This document shows, piece by piece, positions 10,854 through 20,944 of a stretch of 64,000 nt of DNA. Position 1 is the first letter of the stretch, and each line of letters begins with the position of its first letter. A program made the translations under genes and the position numbers. The notes below the pieces were generated by a model. The model was not told the DNA's origin. It saw only the letters and a program-made list of their open reading frames with translations, and did not search any database. Origin of the DNA: an uncultured bacterium (GTDB lineage Bacteria; Zhuqueibacterota; QNDG01; DTFT01); contig CAVTNR010000012.1 in assembly GCA_963736115.1 (NCBI GenBank), positions 92,147 to 156,146 of the forward strand. Direction: 5' to 3'.

Positions 10854-11480
10854 TCACGTCACCGTGTCCCGAAGAGCCTTTCCCCCGAGATATATCCATA
10901 TGACGCCGACCATGGAAATCAGGTGATACACCCCGTTCTGGTCCAGAGAGCCGAAAAAGAGCATGCCGATCCTCTGGATCGCCGAGGCCCCGAACAGGAT
11001 GAGTACGCCCGCAATCATGTTTCGCAGGCCAGGGCTGTTTTTAACGTTCAAAAGGCACATCACCAGCAGGAACAGCATCACCGGAGCATAGTTGACAATG
11101 ACCACCAGAAAGTTAGTGACTTCGAGAATCGCGATCGTGTATGCGATCGATTGAACGATGCCGAATATCAGGAAATACCGCCGGACCGGACGCGAAAAGA
11201 ATTGCGCGGCAATGGTCATCAGCAGAAAGAAGGTCATCATCCCGAGAAGAATCCAGGTCAATAGTTGAATGAAAGTCCGGGGCAAACCCGGGCCCTGGAA
11301 GAAACCGTGGTCAATCCCTCCGGCGATCGTGGCCAGACCGAGAAACAGCATCATGCCGCTCCAGAACCAGGCGGCCGAAAACCTGGCCTTGGAAATTTGC
11401 GCCAGCATTCCCGCGAAGAAAAACACTTCGGCGGCGAGAATGAAGTTGGTAATCGAGGTGACGGCAAATGCATCCATCAT
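10854..11480 (-). CDS. hypothetical polytopic membrane protein
   Basis: 208 aa, about 6 hydrophobic helices. Confidence 0.5.
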   Translation of the reverse strand: MMDAFAVTSITNFILAAEVFFFAGMLAQISKARFSAAWFWSGMMLFLGLATIAGGIDHGFFQGPGLPRTFIQLLTWILLGMMTFFLLMTIAAQFFSRPVRRYFLIFGIVQSIAYTIAILEVTNFLVVIVNYAPVMLFLLVMCLLNVKNSPGLRNMIAGVLILFGASAIQRIGMLFFGSLDQNGVYHLISMVGVIWIYLGGKALRDTVT

Positions 11481-11850
11481 GGCTCTCTTTTCAATGTTAG
11501 GAGTCTATGGGGTTTGACGATGAAGTCCGCGAGCTCGCATGTCATCACGACAACCGCGGGCGTCCCGGTCACAGCCGCCTCGGCCAGCCCGTTGAACAGA
11601 AGGTTGTCCGCCACCGCAGACGTCATCGGCACCGTCAGGATCGCGCAAAGAATTCGGATGATGGTTTTCACGGGACCTCATCGATTTGGCGTGCCGGATG
11701 TCACAGGATAGTTATCGAGAATATAATCAATATTACGGAGTTTGGGAAATCAATTCTTTTTGTAAAAAAACGGTTACCTCCTTATGGAAGGTAACCGTTT
11801 TTCGCTTCTTTATTGGGATAATCCGGGGAGGCCGTAGAATCTTGCTGATT

Positions 11851-12804
11851 TCACTTTTCCAAAATCTCCCGCACCGGCCGGCCTTCGATATAACCCCGGT
11901 ACCCCTCTGGCGCCATCTGGAACCGCGGGCCATCGTCATCCGCCCATTCAAATCCGTACAGTTCGGGCTTGTACGTTTTCATCACGGTCCATAGGCTGTT
12001 AATGGCCTGTTCGAATTCCTCGTCCTTGAAAGGCGGACCCTGAAAAATCATCATCTTGCAGGGCCTGAGATCGATGCAGTCATAGCTTTCAGGAATCCGG
12101 CCGGAATAATCGGCCGGCACTTCCACGCCCTGGCAGTACTCGGAGGTGCCTTTGGGGGCCATGCGCTGCGGCAGCCATACACCGACCGGTTCGTATAGCG
12201 CCTCCTTGACGCTGACCAGCATGCCCCAGACGTCGCACCCGACTTCTTTGCAGTATTCGTAGTAGTCCGTGGCCGCAATGCCTCTCTTCAGGATCATCTT
12301 CCGGGCCGGCCGGTCGACGACCTGGACGAACACGGTTTGCATCACATCCTCTTTCCGCTTGTCCACATTCTTCGGGTCCATGGTCTTCTCCTCTTTGAAC
12401 AGGTGGGGATGGTTTTCCAGGATCCGGTAAGGGATGAAGAGGCCGACCGGGGGCTTGTGCTTCTTGTACGCCGCGGGATTGATTCCGAATTGCCTCGAAA
12501 ACGCCCGTGTGAATCCTTCGTGCGTATCAAAGACGAAATCAAAGGCCACGTCAATCACCTTGACCTTTTCATCCCTCAGTTTCAGCGCAGCCCGGGACAG
12601 TCTGCAGGCCCGGATGTAGTCGAACGGCGTCTTCCCGATATGCTCCTTGAAAATCCGCGACGCGTGCCAGGGTGAAAGCCCTGACACTTTCGCGAGATCA
12701 TACAGGGTGATCCGCTCGGTCATGCGGGACTGAATGTAATCATGCATTTTGCCGACTGCTCTGATCCGGTCTTCTTTCATCCGATCCTTCTCCGAACGGG
12801 ACAA
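11851..12804 (-). CDS. AraC family transcriptional regulator with C-terminal GyrI-like effector domain
   Basis: HTH_AraC signature (LYDLAKVSGLSPWHASRIFK...FSRQFGINPAAYKK) followed by about 170-aa domain. Confidence 0.75.
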   Translation of the reverse strand: MSRSEKDRMKEDRIRAVGKMHDYIQSRMTERITLYDLAKVSGLSPWHASRIFKEHIGKTPFDYIRACRLSRAALKLRDEKVKVIDVAFDFVFDTHEGFTRAFSRQFGINPAAYKKHKPPVGLFIPYRILENHPHLFKEEKTMDPKNVDKRKEDVMQTVFVQVVDRPARKMILKRGIAATDYYEYCKEVGCDVWGMLVSVKEALYEPVGVWLPQRMAPKGTSEYCQGVEVPADYSGRIPESYDCIDLRPCKMMIFQGPPFKDEEFEQAINSLWTVMKTYKPELYGFEWADDDGPRFQMAPEGYRGYIEGRPVREILEK

Positions 12805-13145
12805 GTTATCAAATCCGAAAGGGAATTTCTTGACTTCAATTGCTATATGGGTAAATTTTGGACTGAATGCAAAGGGATTTTCAGAAGAATAGAGTGAACG
12901 CGGTTCCAGAACGCTGTTTTTTTGGTTTTAAACCGCGCGCACCCCAAAATGGAGGAACCGTTTCAGGCGGATCTGTACTGATTGTTCTTTTACGGAGGAT
13001 TAATGATCCAGTCTTTTTATTGGAAGGATAAAGGGCGTTTTCTTTTTATAATCAATATATGCATTTTCGAATTTCTCCGGAAATTCTATCTCCTAAGCTG
13101 TCTTCAAATAGACGGATAGGAGTACCGCGGATACCGCCACTGCGG

Positions 13146-13670
13146 TCATGGCTGTTTATGCTCCGATTGCCTGAAAACAGCGGTTTTTTTGATGGCCCTG
13201 CCCGCTTTGAACAGAATAGAGATGGAGACCGCGATTAAAATCGCGAATGGAATGGAAATTATGAAGAACCTGTGCATGCCGAAATATCCGTTCTGGTATC
13301 CGACTTTCAGCAGCCAGCTGGTTGTCGGCGCCAGAAGCAGAACGCCTGTCAGAAGCCCCGGACAGTATTTTTTCAAAACGAAAGCAGCCGCCAGGTGCGG
13401 AACAAATACGTTGACGAGCATTCCGAAATTGAAGCCGAAGTACAGATAGCCGGGAATACTGCGCTTCCCTTTCATGTAGAACAGGGCGGTGATGACCGCG
13501 GCCAGCATGGTCAGGACAACCAGGGCGAATGAAAATTCGAAGGTCCCGACCGGCTTGTGAAATCGGCCGGCATTTTTCGAGAACTTCGGAAGCCACAGCG
13601 CTTCTTCGAGATTATGGATGGTCAACACGACCGGAAAAAGCCAGAAAAACCAGGGGATTGAAGCGTCCAT
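13146..13670 (-). CDS. HXXEE domain membrane protein
   Basis: TIHNLEE motif near N-terminus; 4 TM helices. Confidence 0.6.
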   Translation of the reverse strand: MDASIPWFFWLFPVVLTIHNLEEALWLPKFSKNAGRFHKPVGTFEFSFALVVLTMLAAVITALFYMKGKRSIPGYLYFGFNFGMLVNVFVPHLAAAFVLKKYCPGLLTGVLLLAPTTSWLLKVGYQNGYFGMHRFFIISIPFAILIAVSISILFKAGRAIKKTAVFRQSEHKQP

Positions 13671-13725
13671 CGGTTGCCGGCATCCTTCTTTAAAAACATT
13701 GTATGAGTGCGGGACGGGATCCGAC

Positions 13726-14220
13726 TCACGGTTTTAGAGAAGATTGGCGTTTCCGCATGCTCGTCTTCCCGCCTGCAAGTTGCTTTCCTTTCGGCTTCCG
13801 CTTCAGAACGAGCAGTCGCTCGATGTCTGCCACGACCTTTTTGGAGTCAACCGGAATGGCGACCCACTTGCCATCATGAAACGTGGCAGCCTTTTGATAA
13901 TCTTCCCGAACATGAGTCGTCAGTTTCGGCAGAATCGCATCGACCTTCTCCCGTTCTTCCGCTCCGAAGACCAGGAGGAACAGGAACCGTCCCTTCTCCG
14001 GAATCAGGTTGCAGAACGACTTGGATTTTTTGTACCTGAGGGACCAGCCCCATTTTCTGCCGCCGAACCACCAGTCTGGTTCGAATACATCCGGGTACTG
14101 CGCATCGATGAACCCGGTGAGTTCATTCCAGAGCGTATTGGCCCTGGCGCCGATCCACTTATTCACTTGTTCCGGTTCGGGCGGCTTCCCGGCTTCAAGC
14201 ATGCGGCTATGTTCGGTCAC
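13726..14220 (-). CDS. hypothetical protein (DUF3788-like)
   Basis: 164-aa soluble ORF with good coding composition; no recognised catalytic motif. Confidence 0.45.
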   Translation of the reverse strand: MTEHSRMLEAGKPPEPEQVNKWIGARANTLWNELTGFIDAQYPDVFEPDWWFGGRKWGWSLRYKKSKSFCNLIPEKGRFLFLLVFGAEEREKVDAILPKLTTHVREDYQKAATFHDGKWVAIPVDSKKVVADIERLLVLKRKPKGKQLAGGKTSMRKRQSSLKP

Positions 14221-14265
14221 GCTGATCTCTCCTTTAATAAGTCCGTCAACAGCGCCTGCCGCCGC

Positions 14266-15027
14266 TCACGTATCGGACAAGCACGCCATCAGCCGGCGGC
14301 ACAGAAAGGCGTGCGCCTCGCCGGCCGGGTCGAGATACTCCATGTGCCCCATGCCCGGCAATTCAATCAGCTCAATGGTATCACCCGCTCCGGCGGCCGC
14401 GGCCGAGTACCTGCGCGACAGGTCAACGGGCATGGTCTCGTCCGCCGTACCGTGGAGGAGGATCTGCCGGACGCCCAATGGCAGCAATTCCATCGGTGAG
14501 GCGGATTCATACCGCTCCGGGACCTGATCCGGAAGTCCGCCGATCAGTTCTGCAACGACATCCCCGCCGATTCCGCGATGGCAGGCATCCGCGAGGTCCG
14601 TTATCGGCGCAAGCCCGATCACTGCCCGGATGCGAATCCGTTTCGTATGAAGCGTGCCGTCTCGCCGTTTACCCGCGGCCCAGAGTGCCAGGTGCCCGCC
14701 CGCGGAATGACCCACCGTCACGACGCGACCAAGGTCGAGATCAACGCCCTCGAGTTCGAGCTGTTCGAGATAGTCTATGCCGGCCGCCGCGTCTTCCATT
14801 GTGGTTGGCCATCCGGCCCCGGCGCTTCCCAGCCTGCGGTATTCCAGGTTCCAGACCGCGAAACCGCGGGAGGCCAGGTCCTCCGCGATTGCGGTCATCT
14901 GATCACGGCCATAGTACATTTTCCAGAATCCCCCATGCAGCAGACAGATAACGGGCGGCCGTTTCCTTTTGGGGAGGCGCAGGTCGGCTTCCTGGTCTTC
15001 AGCCGGACCGTAATGGAAGGTTTGCAT
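14266..15027 (-). CDS. alpha/beta hydrolase (esterase/lipase family)
   Basis: HGGFW oxyanion motif and GHSAGG nucleophile elbow. Confidence 0.75.
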   Translation of the reverse strand: MQTFHYGPAEDQEADLRLPKRKRPPVICLLHGGFWKMYYGRDQMTAIAEDLASRGFAVWNLEYRRLGSAGAGWPTTMEDAAAGIDYLEQLELEGVDLDLGRVVTVGHSAGGHLALWAAGKRRDGTLHTKRIRIRAVIGLAPITDLADACHRGIGGDVVAELIGGLPDQVPERYESASPMELLPLGVRQILLHGTADETMPVDLSRRYSAAAAGAGDTIELIELPGMGHMEYLDPAGEAHAFLCRRLMACLSDT

Positions 15028-15085
15028 GTTTGACTTTCAAGAAAGTCGGCCACCTTCTCCATGAAGGTAAGCGATGTTCACATTC

Positions 15086-15445
15086 CTACTTCAGAACCAG
15101 CATTTTTCGGGTTTCCACACCTGAATGGCCCGCATTCAGTTGAATAAAATACGCGCCGCTCGGCAGGTTGTCTGCGTAGAACCGGATGGAATGTGTTCCT
15201 GCGGTCTGAATCTCATTCATCAGAGTCCGTATGTCTTTTCCGTATAGGTCGACTATTTTCAATCGGACCGGCCCTGTTTTCTGCAGATCGTATGTGATTA
15301 TGGTTTCAGAATTGAATGGATTGTGATGATTGGGATGCAGTCTGAATGAATTGCCCGCTTCGGAGGCTCGTTCGTAATCCCACTGTTGATCGAGTGTCCG
15401 AAGGCGACCAGTTAGAGCCAGGCGGTTCCATCCAGACTCGACCAC
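15086..15445 (-). pseudogene. remnant 3' end of a T9SS cargo gene (isolated C-terminal sorting domain)
   Basis: HPNHHNPFNSETII...GAYFIQL = Por secretion tail with only about 35 codons upstream; adjacent DNA upstream (15520 onward) switches to low GC. Confidence 0.5.
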
Positions 15446-15691
15446 GGGACGGCCCAGATTCCGGCCATGGCGCCCGGATCATCGTTGTAACGCGGAACCA
15501 TCCCATGCTTATTGATTAATTTGTGTGTCGTTGGTCTCAGCGATTACATCGCGCATCTTTCACATTCGTTGGTCGTAACCATCCACCTCTTTCCGATTCC
15601 GATAATCGGCGTGGATCTGAATTATTTCATCATACTGCAATGGATGGGGCAAATATATCATTCCTTTTACCGCCGGGTAAAATGAGCAAGA

Positions 15692-16366
15692 TCATGGTCT
15701 CGGTTTTTTTGGTAAAATGAAAGATGTTTTCGATTTGTACGTTCGATATGCCTCGCCAAATCGAAGCTCCAATTCCCGCTCCTCATACACTTTTAGAAAG
15801 ACGAGCCATGCCGGTGTCACTAAAATCAATATCCAAATTATAAAAAACGTTGACTGCAGCCACAAACCCAACGCCACAAGACAGGACAGCAAGGCCAAGG
15901 CCATCGGATTCCGTGTCCAGGAATATAACCAATCTGTTGCGAGTCGACGACTGAGAGATATGGCAAATGGCGCTCCCAGTCCTCGCAGGGCAAGATTGAC
16001 CACCGTGAGCAGTAAAAAAGCTCCTGTAATTAAAAACAGGGTTATCCCAAGAGTATGTGAAATCGGAATGGCAACTCCCTGCCAGGTGTCGTTCGTTTTG
16101 ATCGCCATTATAATCCCGGTCCCAAATAACAACATCAAGCCTGCATGTACAAATGAAGTTATATATTCGACTCGGTGTAACGACGGTCTCCTGTCGAGAA
16201 GTTGGCGACCGATCACGACTGTCGGGAATGTGGCAAATATAGTTCCGACAATACAAACAAGATTCACCATGGTCGAAAATGATTGCTGAAGGATCCAACT
16301 CCAAAATATCAGGGTACATGCAAAAGTGACAACTTGTATCAGGGTTTGAGTCGTTTTATGCATCAT
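15692..16366 (-). CDS. isoprenylcysteine carboxyl methyltransferase (ICMT/PEMT) family membrane protein
   Basis: C-terminal EERELELRFGEAYRTYKSKT motif (EE..L..FG..Y..Y) typical of ICMT family. Confidence 0.6.
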   Translation of the reverse strand: MMHKTTQTLIQVVTFACTLIFWSWILQQSFSTMVNLVCIVGTIFATFPTVVIGRQLLDRRPSLHRVEYITSFVHAGLMLLFGTGIIMAIKTNDTWQGVAIPISHTLGITLFLITGAFLLLTVVNLALRGLGAPFAISLSRRLATDWLYSWTRNPMALALLSCLVALGLWLQSTFFIIWILILVTPAWLVFLKVYEERELELRFGEAYRTYKSKTSFILPKKPRP

Positions 16367-16475
16367 CGATCTCCAAGATACAGATCAAGGTTCGGCACTT
16401 TGGTTATCACCCAAGATGGCCGATAACGACGCGGTTTTATCTTCCAGTGGAAGGCTTTTTTTAGAATTTCTCCGG

Positions 16476-17165
16476 TTATTTCTTTTCACTTCCAATCAGT
16501 CGATAGATAACAGCACCAAGCATACCGCCGATGATAGGGGCCACCCAGAAAAGCCAAAGTTGTGAAATCGCCCAATCGCCGGCAAACAGGGCGACGCCGG
16601 TACTGCGCGCAGGATTCACCGAGGTGTTTGTAACCGGGATGCTGATCAAATGAATGAGAGTCAGGCAGAATCCGATGGCGATGGGCGCGAAACCCTCTTG
16701 TGCACGTTTATCAGTGGCGCCCATGATGACAAGGAGAAACATCATGGTCATGACCACTTCAGTGATCAGGGCAGCAGGCAAACTGTAACCGCCGGGCGAA
16801 TGAGTACCGTAGCCATTTGAGGCAAAGCCGGTGGATAAATCAAAACCTGCCGTACCCGAAGCAATCAGATACAGAACGCCGCCTGCGGCCAATCCGCCCA
16901 GAACCTGCGAAACGATGTAAGGCAGCAGCTCTTTTGCCGGGAAAGGACCGCCGGCCCAAAGGCCTAATGAAACGGCCGGGTTGAGGTGACAGCCTGATAT
17001 ATGCCCGATGGCGAAAGCCATCGTGAGCACGGTCAAACCAAATGCCAGGGAAACTCCGAGTAGACCGATACCGACATCCGGAAACGCAGCAGCTAATACG
17101 GCGCTTCCGCAGCCACCAAGAATCAGTCAGAATGTTCCAAAAAACTCCGCGCCATATTTCTTCAT
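16476..17165 (-). pseudogene. aqpZ: aquaporin Z with in-frame TGA at conserved Trp codon 13 (pseudogene, sequencing error or readthrough)
   Basis: two NPA motifs (NPAVS, NPARS); N-terminus [20 protein letters not shown] matches AqpZ ECFGTFWLVFGGCGS with TGA (17129..17127) replacing TGG; RBS GGAGATAA before ATG 17165. Confidence 0.7.
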
Positions 17166-17196
17166 GATTATCTCCTTTTTAATATTAATTATTATG

Positions 17197-17290
17197 CTCA
17201 ACCGGCAGGCTGAGCGGGCGGGCATGATCGGTTTCGGATTGCTTGCCCCTCCCGGAAGTGATAACTGAGTACCGTCCGCCCTACTGTCAT
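17197..17290 (-). repeat. attC-like imperfect palindromic repeat A
   Basis: shares 28-bp identical core gcgggcgggcatgatcggtttcggattg with repeat B; inverted gggcgg/ccgccc arms. Confidence 0.5.
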
Positions 17291-17315
17291 ATCATATTTG
17301 CTTAATCCCATCTTA

Positions 17316-17422
17316 CACATAACTGCAAATGTGCGGGCGGGCATGATCGGTTTCGGATTGTTCGCTTCTCAGAGAAGTCAAGACTGATTAGGGCACCGTC
17401 TGCACTATTTTTGGGTTAGGCG
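17316..17422 (-). repeat. attC-like repeat B (R'' GCCTAAC on minus strand, R' GTTATGT)
   Basis: starts caTAAC, ends GGTTAGGC on + strand; immediately downstream of cassette ORF 17440..17820. Confidence 0.55.
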
Positions 17423-17439
17423 ATTGTCTCAAATCTCCC

Positions 17440-17820
17440 CTAACAATTCGCGGTTTTGATGAATAGAAAAAATGCATAACTAATCGCTAGGAGACCATAC
17501 AAGGCCAAACTAAACCAGCCAAAAATATTCACAGTTCCGGTAAACTGAAACTCAATCGATGCAATACACCCGATTACGTCCTGAATTAAGAGAGCGATAG
17601 CGATTGCTCTACGCGTATCAACAGATGTAACTCTCTTTCCGTAATACATGAGAGTCGCTAAACCTAGAATCGACCCACCTACTAAGCGAGCTGTCCAAAT
17701 GGCTGCGTCATCGGGAGCAAGACCATACAATTTGAAAACCCAATGAGGAAAAAGAGAACACGATCCGCCAAAGAATATGGCAAAAAATATATTTATAGAG
17801 AAAAGATGACGCAATTTCAT
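17440..17820 (-). CDS. cassette-encoded small membrane protein
   Basis: ATG 17820 with GGAGGTAAT RBS; 4 hydrophobic helices; low GC. Confidence 0.5.
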   Translation of the reverse strand: MKLRHLFSINIFFAIFFGGSCSLFPHWVFKLYGLAPDDAAIWTARLVGGSILGLATLMYYGKRVTSVDTRRAIAIALLIQDVIGCIASIEFQFTGTVNIFGWFSLALYGLLAISYAFFLFIKTANC

Positions 17821-17904
17821 ATTACCTCCGTATAATTTCAGCATAAACCGATAATAAATTGTCGTTTGTACTAACAATGTCTTCTAAATATCTTCCCGAC
17901 ATCC

Positions 17905-18028
17905 GCCTAACATAATCATCCCGGGGTGGACATTATCGGTAACGGATTGCACATCCTTTAAAAAGCCACAACTGAGTATGGGCACCGTCCGCCCGAGATG
18001 CAGGGCAGCGAATTTTAAAAAGTTAGTA
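17905..18028 (-). repeat. attC-like repeat C (R' GTTAGGC canonical core on minus strand)
   Basis: GCCTAAC at 17905..17911 and GTTAGTA at 18022..18028 abutting stop of ORF ending at 18015. Confidence 0.55.
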
Positions 18029-18349
18029 TTTTTTCTGACCATTCGATCATTTTAACACAATCTACCATTGTTGATAGCGGGCATGCATCAGTACCATCTT
18101 TATTGCGAGTTTTAAAACATGTCCCACATGCAAGGATATTTCCACCTAGTTCGATGAATTTTATGAGTTGTTCATTTACATTATACTTATCATGAGTCAA
18201 TCCTTCACATTCAACAGCCTCCCCCATAAGAAATATTTTCAGTGTATGTCCTTCTATAATTGCTGTAACCCCGAATCGAAAAGCATTCCAAGCTTTTCAT
18301 ATTCCTTAGTTTCTAAAATAATTCCAATTTTAATTTGATTGCCTTTCAT
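18015..18349 (-). pseudogene. DsrE/DsrF-like (DsrE_2) family gene, frameshifted
   Basis: N-terminal MKGNQIKIGIILETKEYEKLGMLFDSGLQ in one frame, continuation AIIEGHTLKIFLMGEAV...ACGTCFKTRNKDGTDACP in another; break near 18265. Confidence 0.45.
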
Positions 18350-18387
18350 TAAGAATCTTAACTGTATTCATAATCTAAATGATCTAT

Positions 18388-18495
18388 GCCCAACGATGCG
18401 CATGACCGGCGGGCCGCTTTAGGTTACGATTTGCAGGGCCTTCCCGAATTAACTACTGAGCAGGGACACCGTCCGCTCGATGCGCTGGGTTAGCC
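18388..18495 (-). repeat. attC-like repeat D (R'' GGCTAAC, R' GTTGGGC on minus strand)
   Basis: cccAACgatgcgcatgac ... cgctcgatgcgctggGTTAGCC; abuts stop at 18500. Confidence 0.55.
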
Positions 18496-18499
18496 AAAT

Positions 18500-19920
18500 T
18501 TATCTAAAAATACCCTGTATATAACCAAAAACTTCCTTGGGTTGATTAAAAAGTTGATCGAATAATAACTTTATTGAGAAATTCGGATATTTTCTCACGA
18601 GTCTCCAAATTCTTGAACTATTCTTGAATATTTTAAATGCAATTTCATCTCTTAATTTTTCAAGATCGTCTGCTGTTAGGTGATTTGTCTTCACATTTGC
18701 ATGAAACAGGTCATATCTTGAATAGTCGTATTTATTGGTAATTAATTCGCACTTTAATAGTTCTTCGCGAATTTCAGTTTTAGGAAATGGTGTCAGTATT
18801 AGAAAAAGCGGAATATCTACATCAATTTTGTTGGCATAATAAAAATTTTCATAAACACTTTCACGCGTATCATCCGGGTTCCCAATTATAAACGATCCAA
18901 TGACTGTGATACCATAGCCCTGTAACTCATTGATAATATCTTTAGTCTCGGAATGTTGGATTTTTTTTGCATCTAAAAAATCAATATTTTTAGTACTGAC
19001 ATTTTCAATCCCAAGAAAACATATATTTACACCTGCCTCAGACATTAGCTTCAGCAAACCTGGTGCTCGTTTTAGACCAGGAATGCTTGCCTGCACAGCA
19101 TACTTTATATCATTCAACTTATTATTGAATAATTTCCTTACAAAGGTTTTCAAAACGAATAGCATCCACTGTAATATTATCATCAACAATGAGAATTGCT
19201 TGAGCTCCATGATTACGAGCATCCATAATATCTTCGATAACTCGTTCAATCTTATATTTTCTAAATGTTGTACCGTACATTTGACGGATACTACAGAACT
19301 TGCAATGATTTACACATCCTCGCGATGTTTCAATAACATCAGCAGGAGTTCCTAAAATATGAAATCCCTTTTTTGAAAACACGATTTGATCTATCGGGAA
19401 TTTTTACATGATCCAGATCAAGAATTTTACCTTGTGGATTATGGATAATAGTGTCCTTTTTTATATATGAGAGGGATGGAATATCCTCATATTTTCCATC
19501 ACTTTGAATTTGTTCTATCAATAGGTTGAATGTGATTTCACCTTCATTCCTTATAATGAAATCGATGTTCTGTCCGTGGGGGCCAAGAAATAGATTTTCA
19601 AACTCGACCGTGGCATGATAGCCGCCCCAAATAATTTTTATTTGTGGGTTATATTCTCTAACCACTGTGGCAAGTTTCATCGTATCTTCATATTGAAAGG
19701 TCATACAACTGAATCCGACAACATCCGGATCATAGACTTTGAGATAATTTAATAAATATTGACTTGGTTCATTTTTTGCCAAAACCAGATCCAATATCTT
19801 TACATAGTTATTTTCACCAGAAATATTAGCAGCAATAGAATTCAAACCCAGATTGGGAAGTTTTGTAACTCTATCGAATCCAATAATTGTTTTAGGGCTA
19901 CTTAAGAGTAATATTCGCAT
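18500..19920 (-). pseudogene. B12-binding domain radical SAM protein, broken into three ORFs by two frameshifts
   Basis: ORF 19339..19920 = B12-binding domain; 19122..19382 carries CVNHCKFC (CxxxCxxC) radical SAM core; 18500..19249 = remainder; junctions lie in A/T homopolymer runs. Confidence 0.6.
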
Positions 19921-19948
19921 GGTGATTTCGATTTAAATTAATTTTTAT

Positions 19949-20055
19949 GGCTAACGATGCGTTTGAGCGTGCGGGCATGACTGCTATCGGCCTGAAGATC
20001 CTTCAAGAAGCCACAACTGTGTAGGGCACCGTCCGCTCAAGGTGGGGTTAATGGC
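19949..20055 (-). repeat. attC-like repeat E (R' GTTAGCC on minus strand)
   Basis: GGCTAACgatgcgtttgagcgtgcgggcatgac ... ggcaccgtccgctcaaggtggggttaatgg; arms are reverse complements. Confidence 0.55.
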
Positions 20056-20093
20056 TTTGCAGTTTCTTTCATTATAATTTTAATCAGTAATTT

Positions 20094-20786
20094 CTACAAA
20101 ATTTGATAACAAATCGATAGATATGGATATATTTGATCAATTTTCATGAAACCATATATGTTTGGATCATTTATGGGGTCAACCGGATTGATATCTTTTT
20201 GTGCTCTCAGGCTTTTTATGTCCTGTTTTTTTAATGAATATCTTATCCCAATAGGAATACTTAATCTATTCGATATTTTGAATTTAATCTCTCCGTAAAA
20301 ACAGCCAGTCCGCTTTTTTAAATTATTTGTTTCTGTATTTGTTGAAAATCCCAAATTTGTTGGCAAATAATTGGATTTCAATTCATATCCATTGAAAATG
20401 ATTGATCCACCAAATTTTAATTTGAAAATAGTGTTTAAGTCACTCTCAAAATAAATCGCAGGCTGAAATTGATAAATGGATAACTTTTTATCGAGACTCC
20501 GTACGTCGGAGAAAGAAAGTTTTTGAATAGATGATAATGGTAAATAATCAATTCGAAAGCCGAAACCAATTTGATCATGATTATTCGTATAGATACTTTT
20601 ATTTATTTCAATTCCAAAATATAGTTTATTCCAAGTCACCTTGATATCTTTGGGCTGTTCCATGTTGAATTTTGGCTCTGTCGATAATCCATTAACTCTA
20701 TTTAACAGAAAGCCAACATTTATACTATTTGAAAATGCTTGATGATATAAAATCACTAAAATGATCAGAAAAGTCTTTTTATACAT
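20094..20786 (-). CDS. cassette-encoded secreted beta-rich protein, unknown function
   Basis: ATG 20786 with GGAGGGATAAT RBS; signal peptide MYKKTFLIILVILYHQAFS; Asn/Tyr/Phe-rich alternating pattern. Confidence 0.5.
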   Translation of the reverse strand: MYKKTFLIILVILYHQAFSNSINVGFLLNRVNGLSTEPKFNMEQPKDIKVTWNKLYFGIEINKSIYTNNHDQIGFGFRIDYLPLSSIQKLSFSDVRSLDKKLSIYQFQPAIYFESDLNTIFKLKFGGSIIFNGYELKSNYLPTNLGFSTNTETNNLKKRTGCFYGEIKFKISNRLSIPIGIRYSLKKQDIKSLRAQKDINPVDPINDPNIYGFMKIDQIYPYLSICYQIL

Positions 20787-20805
20787 ATTATCCCTCCATT
20801 CATTG

Positions 20806-20913
20806 CCATAACGGTCTGCGCATGAGCGGCGGACGACGTTAACCAACGGCTTGCAGAAAATCAAAGAAGCCTATGCAAAGCAGGTTTCCGTCCGCTCAAT
20901 GCGCGGGTTCGGC
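20806..20913 (-). repeat. attC-like repeat F (R'' GCCGAAC on minus strand)
   Basis: TAACggtctgcgcatgagcgg ... ccgctcaatgcgcggGTTCGGC; arms complementary with one bulged A, as in attC extrahelical bases. Confidence 0.55.
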
Positions 20914-20944
20914 AAAAATCAATGTGTTTATTTGTATTGTTACT

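Noticed and set aside
11477-11671. 64-aa ORF upstream of the membrane protein 10854..11480
   Set aside because: It is short and has no RBS, and its composition is unremarkable; it is kept out of the feature list.
17127-17129. Genome-wide TGA-to-Trp (or Gly) recoding as explanation for the aqpZ opal codon
   Set aside because: carB and other genes in the window end with TGA exactly where homologues end. A single event is more likely a nonsense mutation or sequencing error.
17190-20920. CRISPR array interpretation of the island repeats
   Set aside because: The repeats are about 100 bp and imperfectly palindromic, separated by 0.1-1.5-kb protein-coding spacers rather than 25-40-bp repeats with 30-40-bp spacers. 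No cas genes are present.
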